Below the pieces are notes generated by a model. The model did no database searches. It had not been told where the DNA came from and worked only from the letters and a program-made list of their open reading frames with translations. From NCBI GenBank assembly GCA_044867785.1, contig JBIOVM010000116.1, forward strand, positions 67,145-131,144: a DNA stretch of 64,000 nt, written 5' to 3'. Positions 18,678 to 33,526 of the stretch are shown here, one piece after another. Made by a program: the position numbers and the translations under genes. The number at the start of each line of letters is the position of its first letter. Position 1 is the first letter of the stretch. Origin of the DNA: Candidatus Rokuibacteriota bacterium (GTDB lineage: Bacteria > Methylomirabilota > Methylomirabilia > Rokubacteriales > DASRDR01).

Positions 18678-19320
18678 TCGGCGCCCGCCCGACAGGCCGC
18701 CGCCGGCGTCGCGGTGCGGGCCTGGTCGTCCGCGGCGCCGCCCGCGGGGCGGACGCCGGGCGTCACGATGAGCGCGTCGCGCCCCAGGACCGCCCGGAGG
18801 CGCGCCGCCTCCCGGGGCGACGCGACGACGCCGTCGCACCCCGCGGCCCGCGCGAGGCCGGCGAGGGCGACCGCATGCCCCTCGACGGAGACCGGGACGC
18901 CCAGCTCCCGGAGCAGCGTCGCGCGATCGAGGCTGGTGAGCACCGTCACGGCGAGGATCCGCGGCCGGTCCCGGCCGGCCTCGGCCGCCGCCTCGGCCGC
19001 CGCCCGCAGCATGGCGGCGCCGCCCGTGGCGTGCACGGTGAGGAGCGTCACGCCCAGCCGCGCGGCCTCACGCACGGCGCCGCCGACGATGGCGGGGATG
19101 TCGTGGTACTTGAGGTCGAGGAAGACGCGGCCGCCGCGCTTCCGGACCATCTCGACCGCCGCCGGCCCGGCGGCCGTGAAGAGCTGCGAGCCCACCTTGA
19201 AGGTGTCGACCGCCGCGCGCAGCCGGTCGACCAGCGCCTCCGCCTCGGGAAGCCCGGGGGTGTCGAGCGCCACGATCAGGCGGTCCCGTGCCGAGCGCGG
19301 CCCGCGGGCCGCGAGGACCG

Positions 19321-19324
<4 letters not shown>
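18593..19324 (-). CDS. pyrF: orotidine 5'-phosphate decarboxylase
   Basis: [10 protein letters not shown]… FKVGSQLF… [13 protein letters not shown]… carries the OMP-decarboxylase motifs (D-x-K-x-x-D). GTG start, with a GTGA overlap onto the carB stop. The 788-aa ORF extension is spurious. Confidence 0.9.
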
Positions 19325-22533
<3,209 letters not shown>

Positions 22534-22564
22534 GGGGTCAGATTTTCACTTCCCGGCAATTCGC

Positions 22565-22578
22565 GCCGGCGCGCCGGC
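22565..22578. repeat. perfect 14-nt palindrome GCCGGCGCGCCGGC in the carB 5' leader
   Basis: Seen directly in the sequence. A small hairpin CCCGA-AATG-TCGGG lies nearby at 22598-22611. Its function is unknown. Confidence 0.35.
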
Positions 22579-22629
22579 GGATCGTCGTCCTGAGTAGCCC
22601 GAAATGTCGGGACGCCAACGTCTGACCCC

Positions 22630-22893
22630 CTACTCCAGCAGGCCGTAAACGATGGAGACGCCGGGCGGCGCCTCCTCGCGGCGGACCAGGAACTCGACCA
22701 GCGGCGCGGCGCCGAGGAACTGGACCTCGCCGGCGCCGGTCAGCCGCTCGCCGAAGAGACCGAGCCGCTTCTCGACCCGCTCGCGGATCGCGTGCGCCTC
22801 GAGCGACGCGGGCGACTCGGTCGTGAAGGAAGCCCACTCGGGCTTCTGCCCGGCCTCCTCCGTCTTTCGATAGGCCACGAAATACCGGGGCAT
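22630..22893 (-). CDS. small hypothetical protein (87 aa) inserted between carA and carB
   Basis: MPRYFVAYRKTEEAGQKPEWASFTTESPASLEAHAIRERVEKRLGLFGE… has a balanced composition. It sits 5 nt from the carA stop, in the same orientation, inside the pyr operon. I recognise no family. Confidence 0.5.
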   Translation of the reverse strand: MPRYFVAYRKTEEAGQKPEWASFTTESPASLEAHAIRERVEKRLGLFGERLTGAGEVQFLGAAPLVEFLVRREEAPPGVSIVYGLLE

Positions 22894-22897
22894 CCGA

Positions 22898-24034
22898 TCA
22901 CCTGCCTCTCGACTCAGTGAGGAGCTCGACGAAGCGCCGGAACAGGTAGTGGGAATCGTGCGGCCCGGGGGCCGCCTCGGGGTGGTACTGGACGGCGAAC
23001 ACCCGGAGGCTCCGGTGGCGCAGCCCCTCACACGTGCCGTCGTTCAGGTTGACGTGGGTGACCTCGAAGCCCGCCCCCGCGCCCGAGTCCGGGTCGACCG
23101 CGAACCCGTGGTTCTGCGAGGTGACCTCGATCCGCCCGGTGGCGAGGTCCTTCACCGGGTGATTCGCACCGTGATGGCCGAAGGGGAGCTTGTAGGTGCG
23201 CGCCCCCAGCGCGAGCGCCAGGATCTGCTGGCCGAGACAGATCCCGAACGTCGGCAATCGCTCGGCCAGCCGGCGCACCGACTCGACGAGATACGGCACG
23301 CCCTCGGGGTCGCCGGGGCCGTTCGCCAGGAAGAGGCCGTCGGGCGCGAGCGCCAGCACCTCGTCGGCCGAGGCGAACGCCGGCACGACGGTGACTCGGC
23401 AGCCTTCCGCTGTCAGCTGGCGCAGGATGTTCCGTTTGATGCCCGAATCGTACGCCACCACGTGGAACCGCGCCGGCGGCGGCGCCTCGTAGCCGCCGCC
23501 CGCCCGCCACACCGATTCGCGCCACTCGTACGGCGCCGCGCAAGAGACCTCCTTCACCAGATCTCGCCCGACCAGCCCCGGCGCGGCTTTGGCCTTGGCG
23601 ACCAGGCTGCGGGGGTCCAGGTCGTCCGTCGAGATCACGCCCTCCTGGGCGCCGTGGTCTCGGAGGTGCCGCGTGAGCGCCCGCGTGTCGATGCCCTGGA
23701 TCCCGACGATCCCGTGCCGGCACAGGTAGTCGTCCAGGGTCGCGGTCGCCCGCCAGGAGGACGCCACCGGCGAGGCCTCGCGAACGACGAATCCCTCGGC
23801 CCACGGCCGCCGGGATTCGGGGTCCTCCTCGTTCACGCCCGTGTTGCCGATGTGGGGATACGTCATGCAGACGATCTGCCCCTTGTACGAGGGATCGGTG
23901 AGCACCTCCTGATACCCGCTCATGGCGGTGTTGAACACGACCTCGCCGACCGCCTCGCCGCGGGCGCCCAGCGGCTCGCCCTCGAACACGCGGCCGTCGG
24001 CCAGGGCCAGGATCGCGCGCCCGTCCCGCGTCAC
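22898..24034 (-). CDS. carA: carbamoyl-phosphate synthase small subunit (glutamine amidotransferase)
   Basis: …[44 protein letters not shown]… plus the class-I GATase triad region (GICLGQQ…, HGANHPV, …YHPE). GTG start, with a 4-nt overlap onto the pyrC stop. Confidence 0.93.
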   Translation of the reverse strand: MTRDGRAILALADGRVFEGEPLGARGEAVGEVVFNTAMSGYQEVLTDPSYKGQIVCMTYPHIGNTGVNEEDPESRRPWAEGFVVREASPVASSWRATATLDDYLCRHGIVGIQGIDTRALTRHLRDHGAQEGVISTDDLDPRSLVAKAKAAPGLVGRDLVKEVSCAAPYEWRESVWRAGGGYEAPPPARFHVVAYDSGIKRNILRQLTAEGCRVTVVPAFASADEVLALAPDGLFLANGPGDPEGVPYLVESVRRLAERLPTFGICLGQQILALALGARTYKLPFGHHGANHPVKDLATGRIEVTSQNHGFAVDPDSGAGAGFEVTHVNLNDGTCEGLRHRSLRVFAVQYHPEAAPGPHDSHYLFRRFVELLTESRGR

Positions 24035-25335
24035 CGCTGGCCGTCCCCGGCGAGGATCCCGTCCCGCATGACGATGCGGCCGCCCACGACCGTCATCCAG
24101 GGCGCCCCGACGCACGCCCAGCCGCCGAAGGGGGTGTTCCGGGCCTTCGAGCGGAAGCGCGCCGGCTCGACGACGTGCTCGCGGGCGAGATCGAGGACCG
24201 TCACGTCGCCGGGCGCGCCGGCGGCGAGGCTTCCGCCCGGGAGCCCCAGCACGCGCGCCGGCCCCACCGTGAGCCGGGCGATCATCGTCGGCAGGTCGAG
24301 CACGCCCTCGCGCACGAGGTGCGTCAGGCAGAGGGCGACCGCGGTCTCCAGCCCGACGATCCCGTTGGCCGCGTGATCCAGCTCCACCTCCTTGTCGGTG
24401 ATGGCGTGCGGCGCGTGGTCGGTCGCGATCGCGTCGAGGGTGCCGTCGGCGAGCGCCTCCCGGCAGGCCTCGACGTCGCGCTTGGAGCGGAGCGGCGGCG
24501 CCATCTTCGCGTTGGCGTCGTAGGACCGGAGCGCCTCGTCGGTGAGGAGGAGGTGGTGGGGCGTCACCTCGCCGGTGACCGGGACGCCGCGCGCCTTGGC
24601 GTCCCGGAGGAGCCGCACCGCGGCGGCGGTCGACACGTGGGCGATGTGAATCGGCGTCCCCGTCAGCTCGGCGAGCGCGATATCGCGGGCGACCATGACC
24701 TCCTCGGCCGCCGCCGGGATCGCCCGGAGCCCGAGATCGGTCGACACGAAGCCCTCGTGCATCACGCCGCCCTCGGCGAGCGCGGCGTCCTCGGCGTGCG
24801 AGACGATCGGCCGCCCGAAGGCCTGAGCGTACTCGAGCGCCCGCCGGAGGAGCGCGGAGTTCATGACGGGGCGGCCGTCGTCGGAGTAGGCGACGCACCC
24901 CGCCTCGGCCAGCTCGCCCAGCTCCGCCAGCTCGCGGCCCGACAGCCCTCGCGTCACGGCACCGATCGGGTACACGCGCACCGCGCCGCGGGCGCGAGCC
25001 TCGGCCAGGATGTAGTCCGTGACCGCGCGGGTATCGTTGACCGGCTCGGTGTTCGCCATGCACGCGACCGCGGTGAACCCGCCGGCGGCCGCCGCCCGGG
25101 TGCCGGTGGCGATCGTCTCCTTGTACTCCTGGCCGGGCTCCCGGAGGTGGACGTGGATGTCGATGAAGCCGGGCGCGATCACCCGCCCGCCGACGTCGAC
25201 GGTCTCCGCGCCCGCCGGGGCCTCGAGCCCCGGGCCGACCCGGGTGACGCGACCGGCCTGCACGAGCACGTCCCCGGGCCCGTCGATGCCGTTGCCGGGG
25301 TCGACGACGCGGCCGTTCCGGATCAAGAGGTCCAT
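24031..25335 (-). CDS. pyrC: dihydroorotase
   Basis: [13 protein letters not shown]… DHAPH… carries the metal-binding motifs of cyclic amidohydrolases. 434 aa, in the pyr operon context. Confidence 0.92.
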   Translation of the reverse strand: MDLLIRNGRVVDPGNGIDGPGDVLVQAGRVTRVGPGLEAPAGAETVDVGGRVIAPGFIDIHVHLREPGQEYKETIATGTRAAAAGGFTAVACMANTEPVNDTRAVTDYILAEARARGAVRVYPIGAVTRGLSGRELAELGELAEAGCVAYSDDGRPVMNSALLRRALEYAQAFGRPIVSHAEDAALAEGGVMHEGFVSTDLGLRAIPAAAEEVMVARDIALAELTGTPIHIAHVSTAAAVRLLRDAKARGVPVTGEVTPHHLLLTDEALRSYDANAKMAPPLRSKRDVEACREALADGTLDAIATDHAPHAITDKEVELDHAANGIVGLETAVALCLTHLVREGVLDLPTMIARLTVGPARVLGLPGGSLAAGAPGDVTVLDLAREHVVEPARFRSKARNTPFGGWACVGAPWMTVVGGRIVMRDGILAGDGQR

Positions 25336-25338
25336 CGC

Positions 25339-26271
25339 TCAGGCCTCCGCACCCCGGCCGCCGACCAGGAGGAAGAGGATCGCCATGCGCACCGCGACCC
25401 CGTTCGCGACCTGGTCGAGGATCACCGAGTAGGGGCCGTCGGCGACCTCGGGCGCCATCTCGACCCCGCGGTTGACGGGACCGGGGTGCATGATGAGCAC
25501 GTCGTCCCTCGCCCCCCGGAGCTTCTCCAGCGTGAGGCCGTAGAGCCGCGAGTACTCGCGGAGCGACGGGATGAAGTGGCCGGCCATGCGCTCGTGCTGG
25601 AGGCGCAGCGTCATGATCACGTCGACGTCCCGAAGCGCGTCTTCGAGCCGCCGCGCGACCTTCACGCCCAGCTCCTCCACCCCGGGGGGGATGAGCGTCG
25701 GGGGGCCCGCCACCGTCACGCTCATCCCCATCTTGCGCATCCCGGCGATGTTGGAGCGCGCGACGCGGCTGTGGGCGATGTCGCCGACGATCGCCACCGA
25801 CAGACCCTCGAGGTGCCCGCGCTTGTCCCGGATCGTGAGGAGGTCGAGGAGCGCCTGGGTCGGGTGCTCGTGCATCCCGTCGCCGGCGTTGACGACCGAG
25901 CAGCGGAGCGCCCGCGCCAGCATGTGCGCGGCGCCCGAGGCCGCGTGGCGGATGACCACGCAGTCGGGGCTCATCGCCTCGAGGTTCCGGGCGGTGTCGA
26001 CGAGCGTTTCCCCCTTGGCGACGCTCGACGACGAGCCGGAGACGTTGATGACGTCGGCCGACAGCCACTTGCCCGCGATCTCGAACGAGGTCCGGGTCCG
26101 GGTCGAGGGCTCCAGGAAGAGATTGACCACCGTCTTCCCGCGGAGCGCGGGCACCTTCTTGATCTCCCGGGACGCGATCTCCTTCATGGACGCGGCGCTG
26201 TCCAGGATCGTCTGGATCTCGCCGGGCTCGAGGCTCCGGATGTCCAGCAAGTCCTTGCGCGTGAGCCCCAT
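25339..26271 (-). CDS. pyrB: aspartate carbamoyltransferase catalytic subunit
   Basis: STRTRTSFE and HPTQALLD carbamoyl-phosphate/aspartate-binding motifs, then HPGP… I chose the start at MGLTRKDLL (26271). The alternative ATG at 26292 would overlap pyrR. Confidence 0.92.
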   Translation of the reverse strand: MGLTRKDLLDIRSLEPGEIQTILDSAASMKEIASREIKKVPALRGKTVVNLFLEPSTRTRTSFEIAGKWLSADVINVSGSSSSVAKGETLVDTARNLEAMSPDCVVIRHAASGAAHMLARALRCSVVNAGDGMHEHPTQALLDLLTIRDKRGHLEGLSVAIVGDIAHSRVARSNIAGMRKMGMSVTVAGPPTLIPPGVEELGVKVARRLEDALRDVDVIMTLRLQHERMAGHFIPSLREYSRLYGLTLEKLRGARDDVLIMHPGPVNRGVEMAPEVADGPYSVILDQVANGVAVRMAILFLLVGGRGAEA

Positions 26272-26281
26272 CGCTGCCTCC

Positions 26282-27352
<1,071 letters not shown>

Positions 27353-27356
<4 letters not shown>

Positions 27357-28774
27357 GGCGCGACCACCCCGCCGAGCAGGGCGATGCACGCCCGGCGATC
27401 GGTCTTGCCGCTCGCGAGCCGGGGCAACGACCGCACGACCTCGACCGTCCGGGGCCACGACCAGGGCGGCAGCATCTCGGCGAGCTTCGTCCGCAGCGTC
27501 TCGACGGTGATCCCCGGCTCGCACTCGACCACCGCGCCGAACGACGGGCCCGCCAGGCCCTCGAGCGGGACGACCGCGGCGTCGGCGACCCCGGGGAGCG
27601 CCCGGAGGCTCGTCGCCACGAGGGCCAGGTTCACGAGCCGGTTCTCCCGGGTCCGGATGCAGTCGTCGACGCGACCGTGGAGCCGTAGCCGCCCATCGGC
27701 GTCCCGCGCGCCGAGATCCTGGGTCGGCCACCACGCATCAACCTCTCCGGGCCGGGAGACCGTCGGCGGGAAGCCGTAACCGGCCATCTGCCAGGGGCTC
27801 CGGATCCATACCCGGCCGATCTTCCCCAAAGGCAGCGGCGCCGCGGGGTGGTCACCGATTGCCACCTCGACACCGGGCAAGGGTCGGCCGACCGTGTCCG
27901 GGGCCACGGCCGAGGCCGGGGCGTCGTCGTGGGTCACGGGCCCGGTCTCGCTCGACGAGTAGCTCTGCCGGAGCGGCACGCCGAACCGATCCACGAACCG
28001 GTCGAAGACCGCGCGCGAGATCGGGCTCGACAGGACGCAGACGGGCGGGGCGACCGCAGGCTCCGTGAGCGCACACCGTCCCAGCACGTCCGCGAAGTGC
28101 GGCGTCGCCCGCCAGCACTGGAAGTCCCCCATCGCGAGCGCCGCGAGCGCCGCGCGCGGGTCGACCGGGTCGAGGAGCCCGAAGGCGCCGCCGAGCAGCA
28201 TGGCGTCCACCAGGTAGGTGAGCCCCTGCCCGGACGTGATCGAGACGCCGATGAGGATGCCGGCCCCCGGTCGGAGCCGCATGGCGTCACCACGAGCCGT
28301 CACCGCGGTGCACAGCCCCGACATCGGCCGGAACACCGGTCGAGGAGCGCCGGTGGATCCTGAGGTGAAGAGGACGACACCGGGGGACCGCAGGAGTGCG
28401 AGAGGCGGCGGATCTCCCCGGGCGGGCCCGGGCTCCGGCATCACGATCGGCCGCAGGCCGATCTTCTGCGCGTCCGCGCCGAGGTGCGCCAGCGAGGGGG
28501 GAAGCACGACCGCCGTGTCGGCCGGCACCGCGGGATCGGTACGCCACGCCCGGGGATCCGGCGCCAGAAGGACGAGCGGCGAGGGGAGCGCGGTCAGCGC
28601 CGCGAACAGCGCGATGCCGTCCGGCGTCGCCGGGAGCGCGGCCCCGACCAGCGGAGCGCAGTCCCCCAGCGCCTCGCGCGCCGCCGCGTGCCAGCGTCGC
28701 GCCATCGCGTCCAGCTCGTCCCCCGACCGCCAGCGGCCACGGTGGAGCACGCGGGGCACGACGGGCTGGCGCAC
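27353..28774 (-). CDS. AMP-dependent synthetase/ligase (acyl-AMP or acyl-CoA ligase, adenylation enzyme)
   Basis: LFTSGSTGAPRPV (AMP-binding core motif), YSSSETG, and the C-terminal …DGRLRLHGRVDDCIRTRENRL… SGKTDR. Confidence 0.82.
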
Positions 28775-28784
28775 ATGCGCGACT

Positions 28785-29699
28785 CTAGAGGAGGGCGTCC
28801 ACTTCGGTCAAGGCGCGCGCGCTCGCTCTCGTCTCGACCGTGATGCGGCCCCGAGTCGCGGGAACCCCGAGGATCCAGCCCTCGCGGGCGGCCTCGGCGG
28901 GCAGCGTCCTTCGGTCCAGTAGTGGCCAGCGTCCCGACGCCATCTCGATCCCGGCCGCCAGCGCGTCGATCGCATGGTCGGACGTCGCCGCGACCCGTCG
29001 GAGCGCGGGCCGAAGGGGAACCCTGTGCCGGCCGAGCGCCCGGACGTAGCGCCGCCGCGCGGCGGCGTCGCTCTTGACCACACCCGCGAGGGCCAGGCGC
29101 GGCCAGATCTCGGCCAGCACGAGCGAGGCGCCGGCCAGGTCCTCGAAGGGCCACACGCGAACGGTCGGCGCCTGCGACTTCAGCGCGGCGAGCGCCGCGA
29201 TGCCGGTGATGGCCGCCTTCCCGACCTGGCGGGGGCCCACGAACCCATCGCGCAGCGCCCGGAGGGGCGATTCGGCGCGCGAGGTCGCCGGGAGGCGCTC
29301 GACCCGTCGACGCGTCCGGTGATCCCGATCGGCGCCGCACTCGCCCCACCAGCGGGCGCACCGGTCGATGTGGGCCTCGATGTCCGGAGGCGTCGCCCGG
29401 CGCGCCATGTAGTCGAGCAGCGCGCCGAACTCGCGCACGCCCAGGGCATCGAGGAACGGCGTCGCGTAGGCGAAGGGGAAGTCCAGGCCCACCAGCGTCG
29501 GCACGCCGTCGCCGGCGCGCTCGGCCAGCCAGGCGACCGTCTCACGTCGATCGAGGCCGCGCGCGAGGACCGTCACCCGGCAGGCGCCGTCGTGCCGCTC
29601 GACGACACAGCGGGCGATGGCGCGCCGCTGCGCGGAGGGCAGGCGGGCGCCCGACCAGTCGATCGCGATGAACCGCGCGAACGACGAGCTCGCCCGCAT
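28785..29699 (-). CDS. hypothetical protein, possibly an RNase H-like or ASKHA-like fold
   Basis: MRASSSFARFIAIDWSGARL… then …TLVGLDFPFAYA… These two short motifs resemble the paired beta-hairpin phosphate/metal motifs of the RNase H-like / actin-like superfamily (DUF429-like). The assignment is not firm. The ORF extension to 29999 is spurious. Confidence 0.45.
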   Translation of the reverse strand: MRASSSFARFIAIDWSGARLPSAQRRAIARCVVERHDGACRVTVLARGLDRRETVAWLAERAGDGVPTLVGLDFPFAYATPFLDALGVREFGALLDYMARRATPPDIEAHIDRCARWWGECGADRDHRTRRRVERLPATSRAESPLRALRDGFVGPRQVGKAAITGIAALAALKSQAPTVRVWPFEDLAGASLVLAEIWPRLALAGVVKSDAAARRRYVRALGRHRVPLRPALRRVAATSDHAIDALAAGIEMASGRWPLLDRRTLPAEAAREGWILGVPATRGRITVETRASARALTEVDALL

Positions 29700-29707
29700 G
29701 GCGAGCG

Positions 29708-30379
29708 TCAGTCGAGGATCGCGATCGCGCGGGCCGGCGCGCCGTCGCCGCCGTCGAGCCGGAGGGGGAGCGCGACGAAGCGGACCCGGTTGCGTCCCAG
29801 CTGGTCCAGGTTCGTCAGGTACTCGATGACGCCGATCCCGGCCGGGAAGAACGTGTGGTGGGTGGCCCATTCTTCCGGGGCGATCGATCGCGCTACGCCG
29901 GTCACGAGCTCCCGGATGGGCCGGTCCGGCGGATAGTCGTAGCCGACCGCCTTGACTCCGCGCTCCACCAGCCAGCGGCACGCCGCGGCGCTCGTCCACG
30001 GCGCCTCGCTCCAGAACGGCAGCGTCTCCCAGGAGCGCTTCCGCGGCCAGTCGGTCCGGAGGAGCGCGATGTCGCCCCGCCGGACGTGCTCCGCCCGGGC
30101 CTCGAGGTCGGCCGCGTCCACCGCCGTGTTCGCCCCGACGTGGGTGAGATCGACCACCGCCGCATCGCCCACCCAGGTCTCGAGCGGCATCCGGTCGACC
30201 GTGGTCCCGCCGCGAACGAAGTGGCTGAAGCCGTCGCAGTGGGTGAAGCCGTGGCCGGGCATGGCGAGTCGGCTCGACCGGAACGGGTGTGACGGATCTT
30301 CGAAGTCCGAGAGGACGGTCACTTCCGTCTTCCAGCGAACGTGCGGGCGTATGGGCAGCGACAGGTCGACGATGGTCAC
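29708..30379 (-). CDS. cyclase family protein (kynurenine formamidase-like)
   Basis: …HGFTHCDGFSHF… GANTAVDAADL… is a metal-binding His/Asp cyclase/formamidase signature. GTG start (VTIVDLS) 3 nt after the MOSC stop. The ORF extension is spurious. Confidence 0.78.
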   Translation of the reverse strand: MTIVDLSLPIRPHVRWKTEVTVLSDFEDPSHPFRSSRLAMPGHGFTHCDGFSHFVRGGTTVDRMPLETWVGDAAVVDLTHVGANTAVDAADLEARAEHVRRGDIALLRTDWPRKRSWETLPFWSEAPWTSAAACRWLVERGVKAVGYDYPPDRPIRELVTGVARSIAPEEWATHHTFFPAGIGVIEYLTNLDQLGRNRVRFVALPLRLDGGDGAPARAIAILD

Positions 30380-30381
30380 CG

Positions 30382-30888
30382 TCAGCCCCCGAGGCCGGCC
30401 GCGAGGTGTCGGGTGACCTCGGCCGGCGTCACCCGCACGGCCGCGTCGCCGGTCGCGATCTCCCCCGGCACCAGGACCCGCGCGTAGACCCGGCTCCATC
30501 CCGGGTACCGCTTCTGGGAGACGCGGGAGTACGCCCCGTCGAGGAAGGCCGCCCGGACGTTGGCACAGGGGCTTGTGAACCGGGTGATCTGCACCAGCAC
30601 CTCCTCGCCCAGTCGGAAGAGGTCGTCCGGCCGGACGCTCACCCAGTCGAGCTCCGCCACGGTCAGGTTCTCGCCCAGGGCGCCGGGCTCGACCGGATGG
30701 CCCTCGGCCTGGAGCGCCTCGATCCGCTCGATCGAGTAGAGGCAGAGCGCGCGATCCGGCCCCCCGTGCAGCCCCGTGTTCCGGTGGCCGTCCCCCTCGA
30801 TGCCGAGCGGCGTGACGCGGGCGCGGGCGACGGGACGCTTCGGCACGCCCCCCGGGGATACGTTGATCTGGACGATCCGCCCTCGCAT
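30382..30888 (-). CDS. MOSC domain-containing protein
   Basis: MRGRIVQINVSPGGVPKRPV…PLGIEGDGHRN… ALCLYSIE… VQITRFTSPCANV… is the MOSC beta-barrel with its conserved Cys. Confidence 0.8.
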   Translation of the reverse strand: MRGRIVQINVSPGGVPKRPVARARVTPLGIEGDGHRNTGLHGGPDRALCLYSIERIEALQAEGHPVEPGALGENLTVAELDWVSVRPDDLFRLGEEVLVQITRFTSPCANVRAAFLDGAYSRVSQKRYPGWSRVYARVLVPGEIATGDAAVRVTPAEVTRHLAAGLGG

Positions 30889-30895
30889 CGCCCCG

Positions 30896-31951
30896 CTAGT
30901 CGAAGACGAAGACGCCCTTGCCGGTGGTCTGCGTGTCGAAGAGCCGGTAGGCGTCGGCGGCCTCGGCGAGCTGGAACCGGTGGGTGAGCAGGCGCTTGAG
31001 CGGCACGCGGCGCCGGACGATGAACCGTGCGCACTCCTCCTGGATCAGGGTGCTGAACGTCCACGACGCATGGATCGTCAGCTGGCGCCGCAGGAGATCC
31101 GGGCTCACGTCAAAGGTTACCTGGTTGCCTTCGCCCACCAAGCCGACCCGGCCCCAGGTGCGAGTGACCCGCGCGGCCGCGAGCCGGGCCTCCGGGTGGC
31201 CCGAGCAGTCGAGCGCGGCGTCCACGCCCTCGCCGTCGGTGAGCGCTTTCAGGGCGTCCACCACGTCCCCGGCTCCGGGGTCGACGACGGCGTCGGCGCC
31301 GAACTCCCGCCCGAGCTCCCGTCGCTCGCGGCCGACGTCGATCGCGATCACGCGCGCCCCCATCGCCGCCCCGAGCATCGTCGCCGACAGCCCCACCGGG
31401 CCCTGGCCGAAGACGGCGAGCGTGTCGCGCCCGGACACATCCAACCGGCGGAGCGCCTGGTAGGCGGTGCCGGTGCCGCACGAGACGGCGGCACCCTCCT
31501 CGAAGGAGAGCTCCTCGGGCAGCGGCACCAGTGTCGAGGCCGGGACCTTCATGTAGGGGGCGTGGCCGCCGTGCCCGGTCATCCCGAAGACGACGATGCC
31601 GCGCGGGCAGAGCTGCGCCCATCCGCCCCGACAGTGCTTGCAGTGGCCGCAGCCCTTGTAGTGGTGGTTCATGACGCGGGCCCCCGTCGGCGCATCGGTC
31701 TCGAGCACGCCCGGCCCCCGCTCGGCGACGACGCCGCACGGCTCGTGCCCGCCGATGAACGGCCCCCCCGTGCCACCCAGGCCCAGGCTCTTCGCCGCGC
31801 CCCCGCCGCGCGTGGCGCGGTAGGGATGGAGGTCGCTCCCGCACATCCCCGAGGCCTTCATGGCGAGGATCACCTCGCCCGGGCCGGGCCGCGGATCGGG
31901 GAACTCCCGCAGCTCCAGCTCGCGCTCGCCGAGGAACACGACCCCCTGCAT
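30896..31951 (-). CDS. zinc-dependent alcohol dehydrogenase (MDR family)
   Basis: Catalytic Zn site (GMCGSDLH…GHEPCG), structural Zn (C-x2-C-x2-C: CGHCKHCRGG), and the Rossmann motif GQGPVGL. Confidence 0.88.
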   Translation of the reverse strand: MQGVVFLGERELELREFPDPRPGPGEVILAMKASGMCGSDLHPYRATRGGGAAKSLGLGGTGGPFIGGHEPCGVVAERGPGVLETDAPTGARVMNHHYKGCGHCKHCRGGWAQLCPRGIVVFGMTGHGGHAPYMKVPASTLVPLPEELSFEEGAAVSCGTGTAYQALRRLDVSGRDTLAVFGQGPVGLSATMLGAAMGARVIAIDVGRERRELGREFGADAVVDPGAGDVVDALKALTDGEGVDAALDCSGHPEARLAAARVTRTWGRVGLVGEGNQVTFDVSPDLLRRQLTIHASWTFSTLIQEECARFIVRRRVPLKRLLTHRFQLAEAADAYRLFDTQTTGKGVFVFD

Positions 31952-31999
31952 GGTGATCTCCCTTGCCCGCCTCGCCCCAGCGTGTCGGGGCGCCCGCGC

Positions 32000-32536
32000 T
32001 CAGCTTCTCCGGCGCGGCCGAGCCTCGTCCCGGGCCGGAGGGGTGAGCATGCGCGCCTGCACGACGATGCCGACGATGAGGAGGCCGATGAACAGCCACG
32101 GCCGGATAGCGGACGACACCGGGATCAGCGGCGTGAGTAGCGCGGCCCCGGTGACGGCCGACAGCACGATCAAGACCGGATCCCAGAGCCACAGGACCAG
32201 CGCGGCCAGCAGGATGCCCACCGCGAAGGCGACGCCCCAGAGCCACGCGTCCGCGAGCCCCAACGTCGGTCCGGCGGCGAGCGTCCCCTGAACCCCGGCT
32301 GCGAACCCGCCCAGCCCGACGGCGAGCCACTGAAAGGCGATCGCCAGGACGGCGCCGACGACGCCGACCACGAGGGCGGCCACCACCACCAGCCACTCCG
32401 GGCCGTCGCCGAAGGCGGCCCGGCCCACGTGGAGGCCCAGGGCGAACCCGGCGGCGCCGACGAAGAGCCAGAAGAGACGCCGCCCGAAGAAGAGGACGGC
32501 GGCTCCGATGACGAGGGTCGCCCACCAACTGGCCAT
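32000..32536 (-). CDS. small integral membrane protein (DUF4203/TM2-like)
   Basis: 178 aa, entirely hydrophobic helices (…LFWLFVGAAGFALGLHVG…) with a short basic C-terminus. Confidence 0.6.
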   Translation of the reverse strand: MASWWATLVIGAAVLFFGRRLFWLFVGAAGFALGLHVGRAAFGDGPEWLVVVAALVVGVVGAVLAIAFQWLAVGLGGFAAGVQGTLAAGPTLGLADAWLWGVAFAVGILLAALVLWLWDPVLIVLSAVTGAALLTPLIPVSSAIRPWLFIGLLIVGIVVQARMLTPPARDEARPRRRS

Positions 32537-32584
32537 CGGCGCGAGCGTACTACGTCGGCCCGGCGTCCGTCATCCCCGAGGGCC

Positions 32585-33526
32585 TCACGGGACGATGCGG
32601 GTGCCGCCGCGGCCGTCGAGGGCGGCGGGGAGCCCGGCAAGGGACGTGACGATCGCCTCGCGGCCTCCCGCTTCCACGAACTCGATCGCCGCCTCGATCT
32701 TGGGGCCCATCGACGCGGCGGGAAACTCCCCCGCGGCGAGGAGGGCGCGCGCGTCCGCGAGCGAAAGACGCTCGATCCCGATCGAACGGGTGCGGTGCCC
32801 GACCTCCGCGCGGTCCACGTCGGTGACGAAGGTGAGCCGGTCGGCCCCGAGGAGCGTGCCCAGGAGCGCGGCCGTCGCCTCCTCCTGGAGCAGGACCTCG
32901 AGGCCGCGATGACCGAGGGGCGTGCTCGCCACCGGGACGCCCCCGCCGCCCCCCGCGATGACGACGACGCCGGCCTCGACCAGCCGCCGGATCGCGGGCA
33001 CCTCGAGGATCTCCCGTGGCCGGGGGGACGGCACGACGCGCCGGCGGGTGGCGCCGCTCCCGGTGAAATTCCAGCCGCGCTCGCGCCCCAGCCGCCGCGC
33101 CTGAGCGATCGAGTAGCGCGGCCCGACCGGTCGGCTCGGCCGGTCGAACGCCGGATCGTCCGGGTCGACGCGAACGCGGGTCACGACCACGGCGGTCGGC
33201 ACGTCGACGTTCCGGTTGCGGCACAGATTGCCCAGGGCCTGTTGGATCGCGTACCCCGCGGCTCCCTGGCTCCCGGCCCGCTGGACGTCGAGCGGGAGCG
33301 GCGACACGGTCTCGCGGCCGGGCGCCGCCGGGGCGAGCTCCGGTGGCAGGCCGCTGCCGTGGACCAGGACCGGGCGCAGCCCCGCGGCGAGGACGTCGGC
33401 GAGTGGCGGCAGAGTGCGGCCGAGCGCACGGAGCCACGCCTCGGCGCCGGCGGCGCCGTTCGCCTCGCGGAGCGCGCGGCCCCCCAGGGCGACGACGAGG
33501 CGGCGCGGATCCCGCGGCCCGGTCAC
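32585..33526 (-). CDS. arcC: carbamate kinase
   Basis: LVVALGGRALRE… and C-terminal …VVIAGGGGGVPV… IDKDLASALLA-like …VTDVD… are the amino-acid-kinase-family carbamate kinase motifs. GTG start (VTGPRDPRRLVVALGG). The 717-aa ORF extension is spurious. Confidence 0.82.
   Translation of the reverse strand: MTGPRDPRRLVVALGGRALREANGAAGAEAWLRALGRTLPPLADVLAAGLRPVLVHGSGLPPELAPAAPGRETVSPLPLDVQRAGSQGAAGYAIQQALGNLCRNRNVDVPTAVVVTRVRVDPDDPAFDRPSRPVGPRYSIAQARRLGRERGWNFTGSGATRRRVVPSPRPREILEVPAIRRLVEAGVVVIAGGGGGVPVASTPLGHRGLEVLLQEEATAALLGTLLGADRLTFVTDVDRAEVGHRTRSIGIERLSLADARALLAAGEFPAASMGPKIEAAIEFVEAGGREAIVTSLAGLPAALDGRGGTRIVP

Noticed and set aside
22898-26068. Very long N-terminal extensions on many real genes (e.g. 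carA ORF 1056 aa, pyrF ORF 788 aa, arcC ORF 717 aa, rpe ORF 569 aa, def ORF 437 aa, gmk 366 aa, rpoZ 318 aa)
   Set aside because: The track reports the longest start-to-stop ORF. Only the C-terminal portions are protein-like and they match the expected family lengths. I trimmed starts to the internal ATG or GTG where the family N-terminus aligns, often with 4-nt start/stop overlaps.
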